Source of the DNA: Candidatus Paracaedimonas acanthamoebae
Lineage (GTDB): Bacteria > Pseudomonadota > Alphaproteobacteria > Caedimonadales > Caedimonadaceae
Assembly (NCBI GenBank): GCA_000743035.1
Contig: CP008936.1
Span: forward strand, 1,290,001 to 1,322,000
Direction of reading: 5' to 3'
Length of the DNA: 32,000 bases
This document shows positions 24,860 to 32,000 of the stretch, in pieces (position 1 is the first letter of the stretch; the number at the start of each line of letters is the position of its first letter). The translations under genes and the position numbers were made by a program. The notes under the pieces were generated by a model. It worked only from the letters and a program-made list of their open reading frames with translations. It did no database searches and was not told the origin of the DNA.

Positions 24860-27800
24860 TTAAATTTCTTTTAATTGGCACGTCTCAGTCCATAAAAGGA
24901 CAATTTTAATTTCCTTATCGGAAAAAATATTCCGAATAACTCCTTTATAAATAGCGATTTTTTCGCTATCTTCATCTGAAATCTCACCTATAGATTGCGG
25001 CGCGATAGCACCAGTTTTATAAACAACGACATAAACAACTTGATCCTGCACAACGATTCGATCAATTCGACCAGTGACTTGTTTCCCTTGATGATGTCCT
25101 GCGAAAGAAACTTCAGCATACGATGCGTTGGTAAATAAAAAACGTAAATTTGGATGATTTAAAATATTTGTCGCAGCTTTATAACACTTTTCAAATAATT
25201 CATGAGAAACAAAAGAAAAATATAACTTAAAAATACTTTGCGTTTCCTTTTCATAGGATTCCGGAACACAAAGGGGTAAATTTTTAAGCAGTTTACGAAG
25301 GATTTGTTCTCGAAGCATCTCGCCTGTATACTCTTGACTAAGCATCTCATCCTCAATTATAGAAGAAATAGATGGCTCAGAGGACTCTTCTTGGGAAGGA
25401 GGATTTTGTAAATACTCGGGGAAAGAAGCAAGCTGATTATTTAATACGGCATGATTTAAATTAATGTCACACTCCTTCCAACCACTTCTACAAAGTAGCA
25501 ATCCTTGCCCTTTAATGACCCCATCATCAAATTCTATTTTTTGAGAAATTGGCTCTAAAGCTTTCGAGAGTACTTCATACCAAGAGCCTTTTGCTGCCGC
25601 TCTAGACTTAATACCTACAATATAAAGATGCTCCTCAGCTCGAGTCATAGCAACATAAAGGAGACGCCAGTATTCAGCTTGTTGCTCTGCTTGTAACGTC
25701 TCTTTAATTCTTTTCAAATGATATGGTAATTCTTCATGAGAAGACGCCCACAACAAAAGCGGCCTTGGTTTTTCTTGCCATAAGAACTTATCCCGCCATA
25801 CAGGTTTTGTTGTCGTATCAGCCAAAATCACAACTGGCGCTTGCAACCCTTTTGCCCCATGAACTGTCATTACTCGAACACCACTATTTGCTTTTGAAAA
25901 GTCTCTCTTCACCTTAATATCAGTTGCTTTTATCCATGTTAAAAATTCCTGAAGAGATGCACAGTGAGTATTTTCATAATCTAGACAAAGAGTTAAGAAC
26001 TCTTCAATAGCATCAAGACACTCTTCCCCCAATCGAGCCTGAAACTTTTTACGTCCTTCTAACCGATTTAAAAGATCAGAATACAAAGAAAAAGGCCCTA
26101 CACAATCAACCTTGTTCCGAAGCTCAGAAAGAAAAAGATATTGATTTTGATATTTTAAATTTTTTTGAAGTCGTCCCCAAAGTGTCTCTCCTTGGCGATT
26201 ATAAGCAAGGTTAAAGAGATCTTCTTCATCAAGCCCCACAAGCGGGCTCTTAAGAACACATGCTAAATTTAAATCATCTTGTGGTAATAATAAAAACTCC
26301 CCTAAAGCAATTAAGTCTTGAATTGCAATCTCACTTAAAAGTGACAATCGATCTGGCCCCGCAACAGGGATTCCTTGTGTTTTCAATGAGGCGATTAAAG
26401 AAGACATTAAAGAACTTCTTTCTCGAAGTAGAATCAAAATATCTGAGGGTTCTACGAAACGCCCTTGAACTTCTAAGTAAATTTTTTGTGTAAGCCATTT
26501 TTTAATCTTCTGGGCAAGACATATGCTCAGCTGTTCTCGACCAGTAGTTTCTTTATCTTTGAATTCAAGTAAAGGCCAAAGCTCAACTGTGCCCCCCTTA
26601 TGCTCATGATGACTGATATGTTTTACTTCATCCCCCATCATATTGATAGCGGACTTTACCTCTTCATAAGAACAAAGCGCGTTTACCGCCTCTAAAATAA
26701 TTGACGTTGATCGATAAGATTTTTCAAGTGAAAGCCCATAAAAATTCTTCTGGGAAGCTTGGATTGTTTGTTGATAAAAGGTGCTCTTTTTCTCAAAAAT
26801 CTCAGGGGATGTCCCTTGAAAACTATAAATTGACTGTTTCGGATCACCAACAGCAAATAACGTACGACTTGTTGTTCGCGCACTCACACCAGCATAAAAT
26901 TCTTCAGTTAACGCTTGGACAATAGCCCATTGCACATCGTTTGTATCTTGCGCTTCATCAATCAGGATATGGTCTACCCCTCCATCAAGCTTATATAAAA
27001 CCCAAGCTGATAATTCCGCATCTGTTAAAAGAAATTTGGTTTTTTGAATAAGGTCATTGTAATCAAGAGTGTGTTTTGCATTTTTCAGACGCTCATAATT
27101 TTCTAAGATAGCTGAACCCAAGGTATACAAAGCTCCCGTCATTTTCATGCTAAATAGTTTTTTTTGTCTCTGAAAGATATCTTGAAGAAGATGAGCTTCT
27201 TTGACCAAAACATCTAAAATGTGTGGGGCATCCTGACAAATTGCTGTAGATGCTAAATTTTTACGAACTTCTCCCTCTAACGTTAAAAAATGACTCACAT
27301 AAGAATCAAAATCTTTTGCTGTGAGAGGACTTTTTAAAGTAACCAAAGTTTGTATAGCTTCACCTCGCGCAATATCTGTTTTCCCCCCCCTTACCAAATA
27401 AGCACTAGCATTTCTCAAGCTATCTAAATGCTCTTTTTGAGCTTTTTGAAATTGTTTTAGGTAATCTTCAACTGTATCCGTATGACGACACCCAAAAACC
27501 TCTTCAAGTTTATGATGTGCTATCTCAAGCCCTTCTGCTAAGATTCTCTGAAGACGCTCAGGTCGTTCAATGAGACTCTCGATTATTTCTTGAAAGGTTG
27601 AAATATGTAAACGCGCCGTTAAAAGCGTGATTGACTGTTTAAGTACTGAAGAAGTTGAAGAAATCGCCAGAACCTCCTCAACAGCCTGTTTTAAAAGCGC
27701 TTGGCTCTCATGCTCTGCTAGAATTTTAAAAGTCGGCGTAATTCCTGCTTCCACAGGAAATTGTACAAGTAAAGACTGACAAAAACTATGAATAGTCGTA

Positions 27801-28162
27801 ATTCGTACGCCAGGCACAACGTCTATAAGGTTCATAAAAAGAGAGCGTGCTTTGGTTTGTTGATCTTGAGAAGGAAGATCCCCTAGAAATTGACTAAGGC
27901 TCTCCTTTAACTTTTCTTCTGAACATGTTGCCCATTCTAGAGTATACTGAAGAAGACGCTCTTTCATTTCTGCAGCAGCTGCTTTTGTAAAAGTAAGGCA
28001 TAGAATTTTTTGTGGCTCAGCTCCTGTTAACAATAACATGAGAAGTCTATCTGTAAGAATTTTAGTTTTTCCCGTCCCCGCAGAAGCAGACACCCACACA
28101 TTAAAATCTGGATGGAGAGCTACATGCCTTGGATTACAAGTTTGTGTTACAATCGTTGCCAT
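24860..28162 (-). CDS. addA: Double-strand break repair helicase AddA (UvrD/Rep-type helicase with C-terminal RecB-like nuclease domain)
   Basis: 1100 aa with Walker A (ASAGTGKTKIL), motif II (LIDEAQDTN) and a C-terminal GRIDRI...VYKTG block. It is paired with addB, with an overlapping stop and start. Confidence 0.9.
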   Translation of the reverse strand: MATIVTQTCNPRHVALHPDFNVWVSASAGTGKTKILTDRLLMLLLTGAEPQKILCLTFTKAAAAEMKERLLQYTLEWATCSEEKLKESLSQFLGDLPSQDQQTKARSLFMNLIDVVPGVRITTIHSFCQSLLVQFPVEAGITPTFKILAEHESQALLKQAVEEVLAISSTSSVLKQSITLLTARLHISTFQEIIESLIERPERLQRILAEGLEIAHHKLEEVFGCRHTDTVEDYLKQFQKAQKEHLDSLRNASAYLVRGGKTDIARGEAIQTLVTLKSPLTAKDFDSYVSHFLTLEGEVRKNLASTAICQDAPHILDVLVKEAHLLQDIFQRQKKLFSMKMTGALYTLGSAILENYERLKNAKHTLDYNDLIQKTKFLLTDAELSAWVLYKLDGGVDHILIDEAQDTNDVQWAIVQALTEEFYAGVSARTTSRTLFAVGDPKQSIYSFQGTSPEIFEKKSTFYQQTIQASQKNFYGLSLEKSYRSTSIILEAVNALCSYEEVKSAINMMGDEVKHISHHEHKGGTVELWPLLEFKDKETTGREQLSICLAQKIKKWLTQKIYLEVQGRFVEPSDILILLRERSSLMSSLIASLKTQGIPVAGPDRLSLLSEIAIQDLIALGEFLLLPQDDLNLACVLKSPLVGLDEEDLFNLAYNRQGETLWGRLQKNLKYQNQYLFLSELRNKVDCVGPFSLYSDLLNRLEGRKKFQARLGEECLDAIEEFLTLCLDYENTHCASLQEFLTWIKATDIKVKRDFSKANSGVRVMTVHGAKGLQAPVVILADTTTKPVWRDKFLWQEKPRPLLLWASSHEELPYHLKRIKETLQAEQQAEYWRLLYVAMTRAEEHLYIVGIKSRAAAKGSWYEVLSKALEPISQKIEFDDGVIKGQGLLLCRSGWKECDINLNHAVLNNQLASFPEYLQNPPSQEESSEPSISSIIEDEMLSQEYTGEMLREQILRKLLKNLPLCVPESYEKETQSIFKLYFSFVSHELFEKCYKAATNILNHPNLRFLFTNASYAEVSFAGHHQGKQVTGRIDRIVVQDQVVYVVVYKTGAIAPQSIGEISDEDSEKIAIYKGVIRNIFSDKEIKIVLLWTETCQLKEI

Positions 28163-30852
28163 TCTTGAATCCTTGACAAGTGAGAATAAGGCGAAAATGC
28201 CGGCGCAATTTCAGGATTAGGACATGATAAATAAGGTTTTTTAGGATCATCATACTGATTAATCATAGTTTGAAGTGATTCTAAAGCCTTTTCAATAAGA
28301 GTGCCTCCTGGAATGTCTAAGATCATGCCTGGGGGCTGTCCTCCTGATAAATGCATATACCGCATCACAATCGAAGTATGAGGATCGATCTCCTGAAAGC
28401 CACCCTTTTGTAAAATAGCAGCCTCAAGTGGAAGCTGCGGCATTACCCCTTGTTTGATTTCTTTTCGGGTTGGTAGCCCTCCAGTTTTATAGTCAACAAT
28501 ACAAGCTGTACCATCAATATTGAGATCAATTCTGTCTGCCGTCGCTTTAAGTTTAAAAAGTCCTTGTGGTCCTTTAAGAAAAATTTCACCGCGAACTTCA
28601 GCAAACCTTTTTGATGGCGATAAAGCTCGCTCAACTTCTAAGAACCAGGCGATAAGCCGATTAAAACGAGTCCACCAAAATGAAGAAACAACAGGATGAT
28701 TTAAAGATTCTCCAAAAGTGTGCTTCCCTAAATTACGAAGAATTTCATACGCTTGTTGATCTTGTACTTCATATCCTTGCTTAAAGAATGCTTCGAGAAT
28801 CTGATGTATCATGACCCCAAATAAAGCTGGTCCTAGCGCTGGTTCTAAAGATGCAAGAGGCTTCAAATTTAAAATTTCTCGCGCATAGATAGAATAGGGA
28901 TCACGAATCCACGTTTCAATTTGTGTTGCACTCAGAGTACGCGGCCGTGCTTCAAGAGGAGGACAAGGCGCTGGCCGAGATAATACTTTTCGTTCTGCAG
29001 GATAATCTAATAATCTTGCCCATTGTTGATAAACAGGATTTAATTGATGCCTTTCGTATTGTCCTTTGGCTTTGAGTCTCGCCAATAACCCTAGCCACCA
29101 TCTTGATGCAGCTTCAAGTTGCCCTTCTTCGCGTAAAGCTCTCGTCAAGATAACTTCAGGCGCTCTTAAAAGGTTAATCCACAAGCGCTTTTTTAGCTCA
29201 TACCACATGGTTCTCGTTTGAAGACCTAGAATATTGCGCATACTTTCATTCAACCAAGCACTTTGTTGATAGTACCCTGGCCAATTTTTCTCATTCATTC
29301 CACCAACAATTATACAATCAACTGACTGTAATTGGGCTTCAAGAGGCCCCCAAATATGCAGCCTTGGATGGACCCCATAAAGTGGCCTAAGTGTTACTTG
29401 GCTGAGTAATTTTTCTAAAATAAATGGATAATCTGTCCCCTTTATTTTAAGATTATTTAAAGCCCCCTCCAGCCCTTTTAGTTGCTCAGTAAATTCTTTA
29501 TAGCCTCTATGATGTTCAAAAGTATTACGCGACAAAATCTCAATAAACTGCAGATGTGCCGTGACTAAATCTTTTAATATAATAGTTTTCTGAAAGAGTA
29601 AGTGTTTTAATGGCGCGGCCCATTCTTGAAGAGAGAGTAAAAATTTATAGAGTTCTGTTCCTTTAGGAATTTCCTTTAAAAGAGAAAATATATTGCTTGC
29701 AAACAACTGACCACGTAAATACTGTGTTTCAAGCTTTCCTATATGCATCTTATAGGTTTGTGACATATATGGGTGTTTAAGAAAGCTTAAAAAGGGAATA
29801 CTTTCGAAATCTTTTAAAACACATTTAAGTGATAATCTCAAAAAAACACCTAAAGGTATATCGGATAAACTCTTACCATAAGAGTCATCAACATTTAGAT
29901 TCCAACGGGCCAGTTCTGAAATAACACGTTGTGCTAGAGCACGCAGAGGAGTCACTAAGGCTATTATTTTATCAGTTTCCTCAAGGCGCTCTCTCATCAA
30001 GATTGCAATGACTCTCGCCTCTTCTTCTAGAGAGGAAAATTCTCCTAAATGAAGTTTTTGAGTAAGCATATCTGTTTGAAATACTTCTTCTTGTTTTTCA
30101 GCTTGAGGGGTTTGCATCTTACAAGAAAACAAATTAAGAATCGTTTTTTCCTCAGAGTTATTCCAAAAATTTTCTTGATATACTTTTCCTTTGGGTAGTT
30201 GTTCAATTGCCTCAAGAAACCTCCCCACAACTGGAATATCCGCCTCAAAGCCTGCAGCAATTACGGGCGCCTGTGGAGGATTGTCTTTCCACGCCTCAAT
30301 CTGTTCATTAAGTAGCTGCACAAAATGCACACATGGGTCACTTCGACCTATTCTTCTTAAAAAATGAGGCCATTGATCTTTAATAACTTCCAAGTACTTT
30401 AAATTCTGTTGCCAGTGAGCGGCAAAAGTCTCAGGAATTAAATTTTTTGTCTTCTCAAAGGGTACTTCAGCAAAAATAAATTCATCATGTAAAGCCGCAA
30501 GAGATTCTGCAAACTGGCCTGCTTGTGATTCCTCGCGTACATACGGCTTTAAAAGGTGAATATAATGTAATTCACGCTCAAAAAAAGAAACTGGAGGAGG
30601 CAACATGCATGGAAGACTATCCGTTTGATTGACCCAATCTCTTAAAGTGCTAACGTGAGGAAAAATAAACGTCATCTCCGGAAAAAAACTTTGTAATTCT
30701 TCAATAAATTGTCGTTTTGCACGGCGAGAAGGAAGAAAAACAATAGCTTTAGAAATCTGCAAGGGTTCCTCTTGGCACATATGATAAAGCTGCCAAGAAA
30801 GTTGTTTTAAAGGAGCAAAACGAAGCTTAGATGGCGCCAGAATCATAGACAT
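28147..30852 (-). CDS. addB: Double-strand break repair protein AddB
   Basis: 901 aa with a C-terminal PD-(D/E)XK nuclease block (ADRIDLNIDGTACIVDYKTGG, PQLPLEAAIL). It overlaps the addA start, the alphaproteobacterial addB-addA arrangement. Confidence 0.85.
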   Translation of the reverse strand: MSMILAPSKLRFAPLKQLSWQLYHMCQEEPLQISKAIVFLPSRRAKRQFIEELQSFFPEMTFIFPHVSTLRDWVNQTDSLPCMLPPPVSFFERELHYIHLLKPYVREESQAGQFAESLAALHDEFIFAEVPFEKTKNLIPETFAAHWQQNLKYLEVIKDQWPHFLRRIGRSDPCVHFVQLLNEQIEAWKDNPPQAPVIAAGFEADIPVVGRFLEAIEQLPKGKVYQENFWNNSEEKTILNLFSCKMQTPQAEKQEEVFQTDMLTQKLHLGEFSSLEEEARVIAILMRERLEETDKIIALVTPLRALAQRVISELARWNLNVDDSYGKSLSDIPLGVFLRLSLKCVLKDFESIPFLSFLKHPYMSQTYKMHIGKLETQYLRGQLFASNIFSLLKEIPKGTELYKFLLSLQEWAAPLKHLLFQKTIILKDLVTAHLQFIEILSRNTFEHHRGYKEFTEQLKGLEGALNNLKIKGTDYPFILEKLLSQVTLRPLYGVHPRLHIWGPLEAQLQSVDCIIVGGMNEKNWPGYYQQSAWLNESMRNILGLQTRTMWYELKKRLWINLLRAPEVILTRALREEGQLEAASRWWLGLLARLKAKGQYERHQLNPVYQQWARLLDYPAERKVLSRPAPCPPLEARPRTLSATQIETWIRDPYSIYAREILNLKPLASLEPALGPALFGVMIHQILEAFFKQGYEVQDQQAYEILRNLGKHTFGESLNHPVVSSFWWTRFNRLIAWFLEVERALSPSKRFAEVRGEIFLKGPQGLFKLKATADRIDLNIDGTACIVDYKTGGLPTRKEIKQGVMPQLPLEAAILQKGGFQEIDPHTSIVMRYMHLSGGQPPGMILDIPGGTLIEKALESLQTMINQYDDPKKPYLSCPNPEIAPAFSPYSHLSRIQEWQRL

Positions 30853-31312
30853 CTAATTGAATCTTCTCTAAACGACTTACCCACTCTCCATAAGGTGTTA
30901 GGATCAATTCACGTGTTTCGTCACCCCTATGCAGTTTCAATGAAACCTCAAGATAATTTTTAAAAACAAAATCTTGGCCTAATCTTTCTGGCCATTCTAA
31001 AAGGGTAATTCCTCTGGCAAAAGCTTCCTCTATTCCTAAATCCCAAATTTCAGGCGCTGATTTAAGGCGATAAAGATCAAAATGCCAAATATCTCCACTT
31101 ATCGCTTCATAAATTTCGACAAGCGTAAAAGTAGGGCTTGGCACCGTCATTTCCTGATGCGTAAGTTCTCGGATGAAAGCACGAGCAAACTCTGTTTTTC
31201 CTGCCCCTAAATCTCCTTGCAACATAATAACGTCTTTTGGCCTTGAGAGCCGCGCAAGCTGTTGAGCAATTTCTTGCGTTTTTTGAAGTGTGGGTAAAAA
31301 GAAAGTCTTCAT
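30827..31312 (-). CDS. tsaE: tRNA t6A37 threonylcarbamoyltransferase complex ATPase subunit TsaE
   Basis: P-loop LQGDLGAGKTEFARAFI, SPTFTLV and HFDLYRL motifs are present. ATG 31312 (MKTFFLP) is the likely start. The track ORF begins at TTG 31342. Confidence 0.9.
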   Translation of the reverse strand: MKTFFLPTLQKTQEIAQQLARLSRPKDVIMLQGDLGAGKTEFARAFIRELTHQEMTVPSPTFTLVEIYEAISGDIWHFDLYRLKSAPEIWDLGIEEAFARGITLLEWPERLGQDFVFKNYLEVSLKLHRGDETRELILTPYGEWVSRLEKIQLDVYDSGAI

Positions 31313-31319
31313 TTGAAAC

Positions 31320-31712
31320 TTATTGCCCTTCAATAACAACAAAGGCCAATGCTTGAGTTTGAGTGTCTGATAAACTTAAATGTAAAAGCTCCTTTTGATA
31401 CCCTTGCAAACGTTGTTGTAAAATTTTCTGCGCAGTACCATAAAGATGAAGACGTGGTTGTCCTGTGGCTTCATTATAAACCTCAATTTCAGTTAATAAA
31501 ATTCCCTGAGAAAACCCTGTTCCTAAAGCTTTTACAAACGCTTCTTTTGCAGCAAACCTCTTTGCAAATGATGCCGCAGAACGAGATAAAGCCAAAGCTG
31601 TTGCGATTTCAACAGGTGTAAAAACTCGCTTCATAAATCTATCTTTATGACGACTTATTAAGTTCTCTATACGTTTAATTTCTACAAGATCAGTCCCAAT
31701 ACCAATAATCAA
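31320..31712 (-). CDS. acpS: Holo-[acyl-carrier-protein] synthase
   Basis: IIGIGTDLVEIKRIE and FAAKEAFVKALGTG motifs are present. TTG at 31712, preceded by AAAGG, would give the canonical MIIGIGTD start. The longest ORF extends to ATG 31781, which adds an atypical 23-aa leader. Confidence 0.88.
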   Translation of the reverse strand: MIIGIGTDLVEIKRIENLISRHKDRFMKRVFTPVEIATALALSRSAASFAKRFAAKEAFVKALGTGFSQGILLTEIEVYNEATGQPRLHLYGTAQKILQQRLQGYQKELLHLSLSDTQTQALAFVVIEGQ

Positions 31713-31805
31713 TTTAAGCCTTTTGATTTTAAGGATATGTTTTTTGTATTTATCATAGAATGGCTCACGGGTCATTAGCAATACTCGAAATGGCGCAAAA
31801 ACCTC

Positions 31806-32000
31806 TTACTGCAAGAAACCGATAAGACGATGAACATCTTTAAGTGTTGAGGAAGCTTTTGCTGTTGCCTGCTGTTGCCCCACTCGTAAAATAGTTTCTA
31901 GCTCAACTTTATCTTGCAACCATTTTTTTGTTTCTTCACGGATAGGACCTAAAATGGATATCATCAGTTCTGCGAGTTTGGGCTTAAAGGCTGAGAACAA
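31806..32000 (-). CDS. trpS: Tryptophan--tRNA ligase, 3' end only (runs off the window)
   Basis: The C-terminal segment FKPKLAELMISILGPIREETKKWLQDKVELETILRVGQQQATAKASSTLKDV fits the class-I TrpS anticodon-binding tail (FK..la.....l.PI......l......l..il..Ga.kA...A). The ORF is open to the window edge. The TrpS versus other class-Ic assignment rests on this tail only. Confidence 0.6.
   Translation of the reverse strand: MFSAFKPKLAELMISILGPIREETKKWLQDKVELETILRVGQQQATAKASSTLKDVHRLIGFLQ

Noticed and set aside
1-32000. CRISPR arrays, rRNA genes, prophage or toxin-antitoxin modules
   Set aside because: I saw no regularly spaced direct repeats, no rRNA-like conserved blocks and no phage structural or integrase genes in the ORF set. 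I looked for all of these and found none.

Overview
The window comes from an AT-rich bacterial chromosome, roughly 38-40% GC by eye (not computed). The gene content is AddAB rather than RecBCD, plus EtfAB, BolA-Grx4, an Nfu-type scaffold, AcpS-TsaE, xseB-ispA and accBC. Together with eukaryote-like effector candidates, this suggests an alphaproteobacterial intracellular symbiont or pathogen of a protist (inference). Most of the window is ordinary housekeeping: uvrB, tyrS, etfBA, accBC, addAB, tsaE, acpS, a partial trpS and tRNA-Val. Three regions stand out.

1. 8636-11685 holds a compact three-gene type VI secretion-like contractile module. The small and large sheath subunits (TssB and TssC) are fused into one 632-aa reading frame. 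It is followed by a divergent Hcp-like tube protein with an N-terminal extension and by a TssE/gp25-like wedge protein. The module sits between bolA-grxD and uvrB, and no other T6SS core gene is present anywhere in the 32 kb.

2. About 2950-7810 is an accessory islet. It contains a eukaryote-like F-box/LRR protein bracketed by an IS-end relic and an intact IS5-family element. It also contains a ~1.25 kb tandem duplication carrying two membrane-anchored CX5R (PTP-like phytase type) phosphatases. The duplication left a relic of the grxD 3' end.

3. There are signs of gene decay. A 308-codon frame is interrupted by three in-frame TAA codons. There is an ORF-free stretch with broken hydrophobic frames. 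The AddA nuclease motif has lost a catalytic acidic residue.

I saw no rRNA genes and no CRISPR array.
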